A stretch of DNA of 63,668 bases, filler included, from Octopus bimaculoides (GCF_001194135.2; 3 parts of 3 records of this genome joined end to end with filler, not necessarily neighbours in it); one strand, 5' to 3'; numbered from the whole stretch's first letter, positions 34,800-47,519 are shown. A program made the numbers and translations. The notes: generated by a model not told the origin, from the letters alone.

Positions 34800-35097
34800 T
34801 TCTCAGTTAGTTATGAAACGAGTGTACCAGTTGATATGAACCACTAAATAGCCTACTCACGAAATTAGAGTGCAAATGCCTGGGCACTCCATAGATATGT
34901 GTACCCTTAACGTAGTTCTGAGGGAGATTCAGTGAAACATAAAGTGAGACAAGGCTGGCCATTTGAAATACAACCGAGTGGACTGGAGCAGTGTGAATTA
35001 ATGTATCTTGCTCAAGGACACAACGTGACGCTGGGAATTGAACTCACGACATTACGATCGTAAGCCGGACACTCTAACCACTAAACCACGCGCTCCA
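34800..35097 (-). mobile_element. Decayed hybrid SINE (D head plus C tail)
   Basis: On the minus strand: tggtttagtggttagag...gagttcaattccc...tgtgtccttgagcaagatac...gttaagggtacacatatctatggagtgc. Confidence 0.65.
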
Positions 35098-35539
35098 CAC
35101 ATATCCAGTTGACAACTATCACAAAAGCACTACAAAATGAAGGTTCAGAAATGGCAAAAGGAATGCATCACGGTCTTATTTTTATAAGCGAGGAAGACTT
35201 ACCGATTCCAGTAGGACCATTCTATCCTCTTCCGAGCGAATAACGGAATGGAAAGAAAGTAGAGAGCTCCGCTGAGGAAGAGGAAAACTAAGAGAGTGAG
35301 ATGAAGAAAAATTAGACAAGGAAGCAGACATAAAAGGTGCTGAAAATGTCTACCACAGCGATGTCCCTCAAATGTGCAATGAATGAAGAAAGGCAAAATA
35401 AGAACCTTTGTTTGATTTACTCGTATCTGCTGAACAATATCGAAACAAAGTGCAACAGAAATTTGCTTACAAAAAGCTGCAGTACCAAGCGGACAAATTT
35501 TTGATGAACGCGTAAAATGGTCTAGAAATATGAAATCGT

Positions 35540-35562
35540 CATCATTATCATCATCATCATCA

Positions 35563-35595
<33 letters not shown>

Positions 35596-35680
35596 ATCTT
35601 CTTCTTCTTCTTCTTCTTCTTCTTCTTCTTCTTCTTCTTCTTCTTCTTCTTCTTCTTCTTCCCCTCCTCCTCCTCCCCTT
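35540..35680. repeat. (CAT)n-(CTT)n microsatellite
   Basis: Direct inspection. Confidence 0.95.
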
Positions 35681-36101
35681 TTCCTCTTTTCTCCCCCCCC
35701 ACCCGTCTCTTGGCAACCAATTGGTTTCTGACACGACGAGAGAAGAAGTAACCATGAACAATCTGAGCACGGTTAGTGTGTTGCGACAGCTGTATATTGG
35801 CGGTATCTTGCAGATTATATCGAACGCAGATGCCGTCATTAAATTTAGCCTGGTTCGCCTTGAGTCGACACATCATTAGTATAGAACACGCCATCAAGGA
35901 CAGCTAGCTATCTGATTATCTGCTTGCCTTCCGTAGACGTAGCTTGCTGCTGTTGCTCTGATTTCTTTGCTGACTGGAGTGGTTGTAGGCCGAATGACTT
36001 ACCGACTGGCACGTTGATTTGTTGGTTCATTGAATTCACTTGTTCCGGCGTACACCTAATGTGTGTGCGGGTGTGTGTGTGGTTGTTGTTGTTTTTGTTG
36101 T

Positions 36102-36142
<41 letters not shown>

Positions 36143-36319
36143 TGTGCGTGCATCTGTGTGTCTATGTATGTATACATGTATGTGTGTGCAGGTATTTATA
36201 TATATATACATACACACACGCATGCATGCATAAGTATATATATATGTATATTTGTGTGTGTATGTGTGTGTGTTTGTATCTATATATCTTTCATCTTTTA
36301 TCATTTATTTGTTTCATTC

Positions 36320-36655
36320 ATTAGACTGCACTCATACTGGAGCATCACCTTGAATGGTCTTAGTCAAACGATAGCCCAGAACATTTTTATTTTAAACATG
36401 GAACTTATTCTATCGGTATCTTTTGATGAACCGTAAGTTATGTGGTCGTAAAGATGTTAAGTAATGTTAAGAAATGGTGGGGGACAAACACGGTCACAAA
36501 GATTCACCCACAGGTACATACATTTGTACGATGGGCTTCTCCCATTTTCCACTTTGGTTACCCGAGGTTACATACTAGAAAGCATTTACTCAAAGTGCCA
36601 CACGGTGATACTGAACCCAGAACGATGGGGGTTGAGAAGCAAGCTTTTCACAAAC
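36320..36655 (-). mobile_element. Decayed SINE-B
   Basis: actggagcatcacc...ttattctatcggtatcttttgatgaaccg...caaagtgccacac...ctgaacccagaac. Confidence 0.6.
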
Positions 36656-36665
36656 AACAATGCAT

Positions 36666-36752
<87 letters not shown>

Positions 36753-37094
36753 NNNNNNNNNNNNNNNNNNNNNNNNNNNNNNNNNNNNNNNNNNNNNNNN
36801 NNNNNNNNNNNNNNNNNNNNNNNNNNNNNNNNNNNNNNNNNNNNNNNNNNNNNNNNNNNNNNNNNNNNNNNNNNNNNNNNNNNNNNNNNNNNNNNNNNNN
36901 NNNNNNNNNNNNNNNNNNNNNNNNNNNNNNNNNNNNNNNNNNNNNNNNNNNNNNNNNNNNNNNNNNNNNNNNNNNNNNNNNNNNNNNNNNNNNNNNNNNN
37001 NNNNNNNNNNNNNNNNNNNNNNNNNNNNNNNNNNNNNNNNNNNNNNNNNNNNNNNNNNNNNNNNNNNNNNNNNNNNNNNNNNNNNNNNNNNNNN

Positions 37095-37157
<63 letters not shown>

Positions 37158-37589
37158 AAATAAAGCAAGAAATGCTAAAGAAAGTAAGAATGAAAAGGAT
37201 ATGTAGTAAAAAACATGTGATGAAATGTTTAACACCATTTTCTCAGTCTTACATTCCCCGAGAAGAACCCATATCAGCTAGATATTTCTAATATGTACAT
37301 CACTAATCGACGTACAGATAAATATTCTTAATTTTTTGTCTTGCCTCAATCCCAGCTCTCACAAGACGATAATTCTTGTATAGATTGAATTTCTTCCTGA
37401 TTTCCCTCGGTCAAATTCATTCACGATACTTCACTATAGTTTCTACCTAAAATCAATTGCCGAAGATGGAACACAACATGAAATCGCGTAGAACTGTTTA
37501 GTGAACATCTTAACGAAACAACTTTGCCTACACTTATTTACAAGCATACCTATGCCGCTGTTCATTAGTTTTTTATAGGTATGCATAGG

Positions 37590-37830
37590 TCACGTGACAG
37601 ACCTGACTATGAGATGGTGTTACACATCGCAGGTCACAATGCCCTTTATATTGCTTTAGTCTTCGAATGACGCCACCCCGCTGCCTAATTGAGCAGGCCA
37701 ACATCCCACAAAGGTCGAAGGTGGGGTGCTAGAGCAACGTGAAACACAGCACACTGCCCGGTCTGGGAATGGAACCAACGATCTGGCGATCGTGACTGCA
37801 ACACCCTAACAGCTAGGCCACACACCCGCA
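37590..37830 (-). mobile_element. tRNA-SINE related to the SINE-C head
   Basis: gcccggtctgggaatggaacc...ccctaacagctaggcc is the reverse complement of a SINE-C-like A/B-box head; the tail differs. Confidence 0.55.
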
Positions 37831-38547
37831 CTTACGCACACATACCCCCCCCCCATATTTATATAAAGGTATCGTTTATACTTACAAAATATTTAAAGTA
37901 TCATAAACTCTAAAAAACAAAGACCAACACATGAAGTTTTGAAAACTTAACTTTCAAATTTCTCATCAAACCAACTAATTTACTCCCGCTCAATTAGATC
38001 AATTTCTTTATCTGGTTTGTAATAAAATAACATTACAAGAATAGTTCACATATTTGACAGCAAATAACATTTTTAAAAAGCCCATGATGTCGAAATATAT
38101 CCGTTTCTTAGACACTTTGCTTCACAATGTATTTGTTATGTACAATTTTACGCAAAACGAAAACTAAAACTTTTGAATATTACTCTATATAATTAATAGA
38201 ACCATGTGCACGGTTTTCATTCGTTGAGAACAGATAGTACACGGTTCTGTGGATTATATGTCTATGGCAGTCTGTACTGAGGAGAAACCTATTTATTTCT
38301 ATAATTTTCACTAGTCTCGACCGTATGTTTTTGCTTCGCTAAATTTTCCTTTGAGAACTTTTAAGTGATCTTCTTCTAGCACATTAGCAGTCCACTTAGT
38401 GGTCTCTTTTATATATACATATACAATAATCCCTTTGAGATCTCAGAAATTTTTTTCTAAATCTTCTGATTCTTTTAATGTACTGGCTTCCTGGTATTAA
38501 AATGATATTAATTAATATCAAATCTTTTACCCTATTATTTTAATTAA

Positions 38548-38549
38548 TC

Positions 38550-38624
<75 letters not shown>

Positions 38625-38627
38625 GTC

Positions 38628-38705
<78 letters not shown>

Positions 38706-38921
38706 NNNNNNNNNNNNNNNNNNNNNNNNNNNNNNNNNNNNNNNNNNNNNNNNNNNNNNNNNNNNNNNNNNNNNNNNNNNNNNNNNNNNNNNNNNNNNNN
38801 NNNNNNNNNNNNNNNNNNNNNNNNNNNNNNNNNNNNNNNNNNNNNNNNNNNNNNNNNNNNNNNNNNNNNNNNNNNNNNNNNNNNNNNNNNNNNNNNNNNN
38901 NNNNNNTATATATATATATAT

Positions 38922-38964
<43 letters not shown>

Positions 38965-38990
38965 TAGATATAGATATAGATATATATACA
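38548..38990. repeat. (CTAT)n / (TAGA)n microsatellites around a gap
   Basis: Direct inspection. Confidence 0.9.
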
Positions 38991-40655
38991 CACGCACACG
39001 CAGGTACAAACACGCGCGCACACACACTTATATACACACATGCACACACATACTGACAAACTGTTGCACACATATTATTGATTTATTTGTAAGGTTTTCT
39101 AGTTTCCTTGAGTTATAGGGGCGACTTATATCTTAACCACTCTATTTCTGCCAACTCTGTATTTTCTTTGTTTTATTAAACATTTTTACTTAATTTTTGT
39201 TTACTACAAACACTCACATAATACCAGCGTTTATTACTGCCCCACACCTTTACGTTATCTCTGAAAAACGCACGCCTACAGTTTTACTTTTAAAAATGAA
39301 AATGCATAGAAACAAAACAAAATAGAAAATACAAATATAAAAACATAAAACGAAAAAATGGTGTTGGAGAGCGCGCAGTGACAACTTTCCAGTTTAACAC
39401 CATATCTATAAAACTAATACAAGCAAAAGAAATGAAAAAATAAAACAAACTACAAAGTGTAAAGAACATTATCGATAGCCTGGCAACAGTCTGACACCTA
39501 TATTTAAACAACTTTTGAATATATCTATATAGTAACTTGTGATATAAAATAGTGACAAAAGTCAACAACCGTAAACTGTAAGTAAATATATTTAATGTGG
39601 TTGGAAGACGTAAAATTTCTAGTATGTATTTTATGGAGAGCTACAACAAAATGAAACTACTTCAATGAGTTTTGTTGTAGACACTTAAAACTTTTGTATT
39701 ATTTTATCACTTACTCCAGATAACGGTGGTCTTTCCAATTCTCTTCTAGTTTTTCAAGTTTCGTTTCTCTACCCCTACTTCTAGCGAATCTTAAATGAAT
39801 TTACAGCTGATACAATAAAACTATTATATTCCTTTCTGTTATATTGAAATCTAACATGTCAATAAGTGGAAATATATTCTGAGGTGTATTCTGCAATAAT
39901 TATAATTGAATATAATTATACGTAGAGCCTTATATTCTTATACATCCATATATGCTCAAATAGGATTATCTGCGCTGACTTATGTAAGTTTTGAACATTG
40001 GGACATTCGCTTAAAAGCTTGTTTGATATAATTAAACATGATAGACGAATAATATGTATTGCTGTGGGAATCATCCACCGAAAGAACGCGAGCATTTCTT
40101 TCAGCATCAATGTAAAACAAAGACGTTTTGGACAACTGTAGTGAAGCCTAAAATTTCTCTTCATAGAATATAAATTCATACTTGTGCAAGCTAAAATTGG
40201 AGCCCATTCATGATTACTTGACATGCTTTAAATGCAGCCAGTTTGCTTTTGCTAAAAACACATTGGATAATTGTCGACACTTATATGAAAGAATAAAAAG
40301 GGATATAGTACAAAAAGAAGAAAGTATGATGATCGCAGCTGCAATTCTTTTAACCTGCTTGACCAACAAATATCGGATTAAACAATGACAACATTTATAC
40401 TGCGAATAATATGGTTTTAGTTTTTGATTAAGACTGTGCACCTGTGTGTGTAAGTATATGTGCATATGTGTACGTGTGCAGAATCATAACATCCTTTATT
40501 TCGGTAATTTCCCTGATTTATTTTGGATGTAATCCCTCAAGGATTTATCAACATAGACCTTTGCATGGCTGTTTGTGCCGTTATTAACCGCTGTTCATCC
40601 CTTTTCCTCGTCGCTCAATCTTTACTTCCTTTTTGTGCGTATATATGTATATACC

Positions 40656-41430
40656 TACGAAGTATTATCAAAAGATTTCCGGACTTGTTATGTTTAATAA
40701 AAATACCTTATTCACCTAAGATTTAACATCATCTCCATCGAAAAATTCACCTTGCGCAGTAATATATCAGTCCTAGCGTTCCCACCATATTTGATAACCG
40801 GCCTGGAAGTTGTTTTCCGTAAGCGTGTCAAGAACCTTCTGCTATTCGGTTTGGATCTCAAACAACGGCGTTAAAATGTTGACTGTTTTCTTCGTGGGGA
40901 AGAGATGGAAGTCCGCAGATGCTAAATGTTGCGAATACGGCGGGTGCGGAAGTGATACTATGTTGTTTTAGGTGAGAAACTCACGAGTGAGGAGAGTTTG
41001 GTGAAGAACCAAATCCTTGTGCTCCACAGATCCGGTCGCTTTAACCTAATCCCCTCCTTCAAGCGCTTCAAAACGTCGCAGTAAAATTATCGATTGACGT
41101 TTTGACCCTCGGGGACGAATTCTCGAGGGACAGTACCACATTTCTGGGGAATATCTTCCAGATCGCTCATAGTCTTCCAGGGACGTTCTTCCGCTTTTTT
41201 AAGCGCCCGTGCTCTCGAAACATTGCGTACGACCCATAGCTTCGTCGCTGTAAGTTTGCCAAAGCATGCTCAATGTCTCTGTAGCACAATTCACGCAAAA
41301 TTTTACGCTGTCCCCTTGTTCCTGTCCATGATAAAACCGCAGACAGATGCATATACGTGGTAAGAAAAGAACAAACCTCACAACATGGTGAAATAAACAA
41401 AGTTCTGAGTGACATCGCTTTATTTCGCCA
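40656..41430 (-). mobile_element. Decayed mariner (irritans-like) with internal deletion
   Basis: VKFC..ATETLSMLWQTYSDEAMGRTQCFE..KSGRTSLED..RSGR joins directly to the region encoding RLKRPDLW, LPHPPYSQHLASADFHLFP and FQAGYQIWW..AQGEFFDGD. The terminus reads ccggaaatcttttgataatacttcgTA. Confidence 0.8.
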
Positions 41431-41651
41431 AGTTGTGAAGGTTATATTTATTTATTTATTTATTTATTTATGTGTTTCAGCCAAGTGGCTGCGGTCATGC
41501 TGGTGCACCACCGTGAAAAATTTAAGATCTCGGTGAGACCTTNNNNNNNNNNNNNNNNNNNNNNNNNNNNNNNNNNNNNNNNNNNNNNNNNNNNNNNNNN
41601 NNNNNNNNNNNNNNNNNNNNNNNNNNNNNNNNNNNNNNNNNNNNNNNNNNN

Positions 41652-41679
<28 letters not shown>

Positions 41680-41682
<3 letters not shown>

Positions 41683-42860
41683 AGAGAAAAAACAACTATT
41701 AACAAATTCAACAAGGAAAAATGTCATTCAAAACATCTAGAAAAACAAATATACCACAATAACCTTATTCCAAAAATCAATAAATTGCACAATCAATAAA
41801 TATCAAATGACATTAAACGACTACGCGCGTTTCGTGGCTATATTTAAAATAAATTCGATTCGATCTAAAAATATAGTCATTCTTCAGGTCTAAAATAAAT
41901 CATAAGAATAAAAAAAAAAAAAAAATCTATGTACGTATCTAATCTTATAATAAAATATCAAATAAATATAGAATAATACTTTTTAACAATAAATAATCGA
42001 AAAATATTTAACAACATTACTTAAAATAAAATCATAACTTATCTTATCGAAGAATTTCTGTTAAACTAAAATTTCAAACGTAATACGAAGAACTTAGCGT
42101 TTATAAGAAACATATCACGTGAAAATATGGCATAAATATAAAAATTGTAGAATAAATAGATAGAACATGTATTTAAACTGGAAAATGACAAAATGTATTA
42201 TAGCTGTGAGAATAAGAAAAAAATAACTGTAGTATATCATTTACTGGAAAATTATAAAGTCTAAATAATCTAAAACTAAAATACGTACATTCATAAGTTA
42301 AGCTAAATTTCTATGATTAATCTATTTTCATTAATTAATTTATTTATTTAAAAAAATCTTCTTAGTTTAATCTTATTCTAAATATGTAATATACCCAATA
42401 TAATCGCGTGCTAATATACACATTTAACTACTACAAATTATATCTACAACAATTAGTATCATTAAATAGGGTTTATATATATATATATATATATACACAC
42501 ACAAATTAGGTAAACTTATTATATAAGTAATTTAACTTATGTCTACGTTTAATTTTACGTTCATCTAGGGAATGAATTTTTTTATTTATTATTAGTTAAT
42601 ACTGTCTCCTTAAATTCATTAGTGCATAATAAACAAAAATTACTACCTATTCGTTAAGATATTGCCTTACAAACTATCTCCCAATTTAAATTGTACTTAA
42701 TATTTTTAGATTTTAGTTTCCATATATATTTACTAAGGCCAATAGAATTAATTAAACTTCTATTCTTAAAAGACGTCATGTGTTGATCCACCCGTAATTT
42801 AATTTTATTAGAAGTCGACCCTATGTAAATAGTATTTAAATTATGACCATTCCTATTATT
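41680..42860 (-). mobile_element. Penelope-like element: GIY-YIG endonuclease C-terminus plus 3' region
   Basis: 42530-42850 translates TIYIGSTSNKIKLRVDQHMTSFKNRSLINSIGLSKYIWKLKSKNIKYNLNWEIVCKAIS*RIGSNFCLLCTNE, then frameshifted RRHK. This is the Penelope GIY-YIG pattern (YIG.T, R...H..SF, LS.YIW.LK, C.LC..E). Confidence 0.8.
41819..41890 (-). ncRNA. Type I hammerhead ribozyme (Penelope-associated, slightly decayed)
   Basis: Minus strand reads gac-CTGAAGA-atgactatattt(loop)aaatatagccac-GAAA-c-gcgc-g-T-A-gtc. All core nucleotides, a GUA cleavage triplet, a palindromic stem III loop and a 3-bp stem I are present. Stem II has two G>A mismatches. Confidence 0.7.
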
Positions 42861-43075
42861 ATCATTCTATATTTAAGAGATGAGGAATTATGTACATTAT
42901 TTGGATCATTTACATTATTTACATTGCATCTGTCCATGGACAGATGCAATGTCACTTCGAAACCATGGCCAGCAGTGAGGTGTGCAACAAGTGTTCTGAC
43001 TACGTCCGCACGCCTATGTTCTTCAAAAAACTGCTGACTGAGTGTACAGTCTGTTCCAGTTTCCTACTGTTTCTT

Positions 43076-43855
43076 CTACGCGGCTGAATATCTCTTTCGG
43101 CGCTGGAACATCAACCATTCGTAGCAGACTTCCATTGGTATTTCCATTCGTTTTTCAGTATGTCTCGACTTTAATCGGCTTAAGTGTCTCTTATGTTTCC
43201 AACATTGTCCTTTAATTACATACATCACGTTTCCTAATCTTTTAGTTACAAAACCGCTAGCCCAATTTCCTTTACCGTTTTTGTAAGTTTTAAAATGAAC
43301 TTTATCGCCTACTTCAAAATGTTTTGTTGCATTTTCTGTATTTCTTTGAAATATACTTTTTCCTGGCAATAGTTTATCGAAGATCGATTTTTTTCGTGCG
43401 AAAATTAACTCTGGCAGAGACTTTCCTGAAATGATATTCGGACTGGGCGTTACTCTACATACCCTCATGAATTTCGTTAGCACTTCGTCATTACCCACGT
43501 CATTCCTTGCCGTTTTTTATGCTAGCTTGAAAATATCAACAAATCTTTCTACCTGCCCATCTGACCGCGGGTGGTAGGGCATGCATTTTGAGGAAATTTT
43601 TGAATTTATGACCCGTAAATTGTGTTCCATTATCTGACACTAACGTGTCTGGAACATCTTATAGGGCAAATAATTCATATAGGTACTTTATTGTTGTCTT
43701 TGTGGTTGGTATATTGCACCTGCATACCTCTGGCCATTTTGTACTGCTGTCAATAACGATTAGATAGTATGCGTCGTTCACCGGTCCAGCGTAGTCTATA
43801 TGTATCCTGGACAACGGAGTATCCGTCTCAGGCCACGATTGGTAGTTCACCAGTA
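43076..43855 (-). mobile_element. Gypsy/Ty3 integrase fragment
   Basis: WPETDTPLSRIHIDYAGP..YLIVIDSSTKWPEV, VSDNGTQF, PYHPRSDGQVERFV and FEVGDKV..W..G.V.KRLGNVMYVIK; stops and frameshifts are present. Confidence 0.9.
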
Positions 43856-43857
43856 GG

Positions 43858-43943
43858 TGGCGAGCTGGCAGAATCGTTAGCACGCCGGGCGAAATGCTTA
43901 GCGGTATTTCGTCTGTGTGACACCGGTTGAAATGCTTAGCGGT
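43858..43943 (+). mobile_element. SINE-A head fragment with a local duplication, at the LINE 5' junction
   Basis: ggcgagctggcagaatcgttagcacgccgggcgaaatgcttagcggt; gaaatgcttagcggt occurs at 43891-43905 and again at 43929-43943. Confidence 0.85.
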
Positions 43944-44101
43944 GTAACGGCTCCGTGAGTTTGTATCTATTAGTAATTATTTGAGTACGTTTCTATTGAC
44001 TGTTCTTGTGTTATTTCCTGTTATAATTATTTGTGTGATAGTCTTCGTTCGAAAACTATCGTGTGTTCTCCCCTGTAGGGGAGACATTAATCGCTGGCAA
44101 G

Positions 44102-45377
44102 ATGCCGATTAGTGTATCTCCGTCTGGCGAAGAGTCAACCGATGGAAAAAATATTGAAAGTTTATTGTTTGGAGATGTTTCAGATTCTTCTGAAGGTGGA
44201 TCGCCAAAACCAACGAATTCTACTGTGAAAAGCCTCCAAACAAAAGTAAAGCAAAAAAGAAGTTTTGCGTCGGCGGCTGGCGGTTTCCACCTCCAGCTGT
44301 CGAGAAACAAAAGCAACCTACGAATGTACAAAGACATGATTACAATTCAAGACGGTGTTGTCAAGATTCAACCCCCAGAGGATTATTTATTGTCGGAAAA
44401 AAAGAAAACCATCATATACAATACATACTGTAAAAACGAAAGAATTGAGCGAGTAAGCGAGGAGAGAGTGGAAAAATGTTTGAAATCCATCTGGCAGGAT
44501 ATCATATATCTGACCAGAGGTAAAAAATTTGGTACCATCGAGGTACAACTAAAAAATATTGAAACGGCACAGATGCACTCGATAAATTCATTGGAAACAG
44601 AAGATTTAATTCTAATACCAATATACATGGGTATGAGGACTGCCAACATACGAATAACAAAGGTCCCTCCTAAAGTCGACCCTATGTGGTTGATGGCGGC
44701 GGTCCTGGCAAAGAAGGTAGATGAAGTGAATATACTTCAGGCTATCGTCACCGAAAAAACATATTGGATCGGCCACACGGTCCACTTATTAATTCAAGGA
44801 GAACAGGCTGTAATTGAACAATTTCCAGAAAAAATAGAAGTTGGGGAGNNNNNNNNNNNNNNNNNNNNNNNNNNNNNNNNNNNNNNNNNNNNNNNNNNNN
44901 NNNNNNNNNNNNNNNNNNNNNNNNNNNNNNNNNNNNNNNNNNNNNNNNNNNNNNNNNNNNNNGAGTTGTTCCTCAACGTTTTTGTCGAGGGGCGTAAACC
45001 CCGATGTTTTCAGTGCGGTCAGATAGGCCATATAAAAAAATACTGTAAGGAAGGCGAGGAGGAATCTGAAGGTGAGGAGGAAGAGAATGATAAAGAAACC
45101 GAAGGAAAGAAAATTACCAGTAAAAGAAAAATAGAAAATGCGAACCAAGTAAAACAAATAGAACAACGACCAACTAAAACAGCAAAAAGAAACCGACCAC
45201 AAATAACAAGGAAAGAAGTGGAGGACAGAGGGATAGTAGCACTTCACAGCAAAAATGTTGATTTAATGAGAGAATTAAAAGCAAAAAAATCAGCCACCAG
45301 AATAGCAGAACTGTCTGAAAAATTTCAAAATTATGAACTATACGAAATGGATTCAAAGACTCATAAGATTTTATTAA
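44102..45377 (+). CDS. LINE ORF1 protein with a CCHC zinc knuckle (gapped; stop not seen)
   Basis: MPISVSP...RSFASAA...CFQCGQIGHIKKYC followed by an acidic/basic tail. Open in all sequenced parts; frame continuity across the N gap is not verifiable. Confidence 0.7.
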
Positions 45378-45997
45378 NNNNNNNNNNNNNNNNNNNNNNN
45401 NNNNNNNNNNNNNNNNNNNNNNNNNNNNNNNNNNNNNNNNNNNNNNNNNNNNNNNNNNNNNNNNNNNNNNNNNNNNNNNNNNNNNNNNNNNNNNNNNNNN
45501 NNNNNNNNNNNNNNNNNNNNNNNNNNNNNNNNNNNNNNNNNNNNNNNNNNNNNNNNNNNNNNNNNNNNNNNNNNNNNNNNNNNNNNNNNNNNNNNNNNNN
45601 NNNNNNNNNNNNNNNNNNNNNNNNNNNNNNNNNNNNNNNNNNNNNNNNNNNNNNNNNNNNNNNNNNNNNNNNNNNNNNNNNNNNNNNNNNNNNNNNNNNN
45701 NNNNNNNNNNNNNNNNNNNNNNNNNNNNNNNNNNNNNNNNNNNNNNNNNNNNNNNNNNNNNNNNNNNNNNNNNNNNNNNNNNNNNNNNNNNNNNNNNNNN
45801 NNNNNNNNNNNNNNNNNNNNNNNNNNNNNNNNNNNNNNNNNNNNNNNNNNNNNNNNNNNNNNNNNNNNNNNNNNNNNNNNNNNNNNNNNNNNNNNNNNNN
45901 NNNNNNNNNNNNNNNNNNNNNNNNNNNNNNNNNNNNNNNNNNNNNNNNNNNNNNNNNNNNNNNNNNNNNNNNNNNNNNNNNNNNNNNNNNNNNNNNG

Positions 45998-46915
45998 GGC
46001 CCGCAAAGTGAATATTTTCGTGACCTGGGCAAGTCCATGGCCACGTCGCATTCGCTAGTATTGTTAGGAGACTTTAACACAATATGTGAGGCACACACAG
46101 ATTGTGTTGGCTCTAACACGAACAGAAAATGTAACCCAGGCTTACGGGATCTGCTAAGTCACTTTCAGCTAGCAGACCCATATAGGTTGGAACACCCGAA
46201 CACTACACAGTGGACGTGGTCAAATAGTGACGGGTCTACCAGAACATATCTAGATAGGATGTTAATTAGAGAAACAGATAAGTCTATAGCTAAGTGTCCA
46301 CAGTTTTTTCCAGTCAGCTACAGTGACCACAAGATGGTTACCTGTAAACTGATAATAGACAAGTTACATAGTCAGGGATCTGGCTACTGGAAACCCAATA
46401 CGTCCCTTTTGGCGATTGAGGAATACAGAAAGCGGATCAAGATGTTAATTCAGAGGGCATTGACAGGTACCATCATTAATAACAAATGGTGGTACGCCCT
46501 AAAAAGAGCCATCAAATATGAGTCTATTAGGTTTAGCATAAGTTTAGCTAAGAAGGGACGTAGAATAGGAGATGGTATAGTTAAGGAACTAGAAGAAGCC
46601 TGGAGGACTGGCAATGCGAACCAAGTGAAGGTGAAAAGAATGGAGATAAACCAGCATCTTGAAGCCCAACACATGGGAAGTATTGCCAGTGCTAAGTTAC
46701 GTGCGATGGGAAGTGAAGAAATCAAGGCCGCTGGATGGGCCCGAGTGGTGGAAGGTCGGCAAGGAAATAGTTCCACGATACGGTCTTTGACGAACCATAA
46801 TGGCGTCTTGATAAACGAACCCGAGAAAATGTGTGAGGCCTTTCTGAAGTTCTTCGCCCAGCTGTTCGGGGGTGACGGCGGTCCTGATGGTGGGAGAGCC
46901 CTCGAGGACTTTCTT
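45998..46915 (+). CDS. LINE ORF2, APE endonuclease domain and linker (partial)
   Basis: LVLLGDFN, WTWSN, TYLDRMLI, SYSDHKMV and GSGYWKPNTSLL are L1/Tx1 APE motifs; 305 open codons. Confidence 0.85.
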
Positions 46916-47473
46916 NNNNNNNNNNNNNNNNNNNNNNNNNNNNNNNNNNNNNNNNNNNNTTAATTAATTAANNNNNNNNNNNNNNNNNNNNNNNNNNNNN
47001 NNNNNNNNNNNNNNNTATATATATATATATGGGTATATTTGAAAACTTAGGGAAACAACAAATGTATTTGTTCGGTATCAATGTGAATATCTGGTGAGTA
47101 TTTATCACCGGTTAGTATGTGTCATTTTCTATTCGAAATAATTCATTAATCCTTGCGTGAAACAGTAGTCTTTAATTTCATATTTTGTACAATTTTTTCT
47201 TTTACCCCTCCTAAGTTTGAAGAGGTATGTATCCATGTATGGGCGATATAACAGGTGCACTTCTTTTTTACCACACGTCTGAAGCGGAAGTGACACTGTA
47301 GACAGATATCTATAACTTTAACAGGCCCGCATACACATACACACAGGCACACACATATGCATTCACACACATAGTTATTGATATATACATGTATATATAC
47401 AATACATATATGTATATTTGTGTATATATATATGTGTGTGTACACAGAAAAAAACACACGCATGTAAACATAC

Positions 47474-47519
<46 letters not shown>

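Larger units (their letters stand above)
43944..46915 (+). mobile_element. Young Tx1/L1-like non-LTR retrotransposon (5'UTR, ORF1, ORF2 N-terminus); 3' half lost in a scaffold join
   Basis: See the two CDS entries; no stops in the sequenced coding segments. Confidence 0.85.

Noticed and set aside
35203-35220. MVLLES matching the SRP14 N-terminus
   Set aside because: Only six residues match, and no further SRP14 exons (FLTELTRLF, TLKKYDGR) are visible downstream.
35199-35396. ORF with LLPCLIFLHLTLLVF resembling nicotinic receptor M1
   Set aside because: It lacks the following P..SGEK/M2 pattern; hydrophobic residues are expected from a pyrimidine-rich strand.
44063-46963. 966-aa single ORF
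   Set aside because: It is ORF1 and ORF2 fused in silico across N gaps; the frame across 45378-45997 is unknowable.
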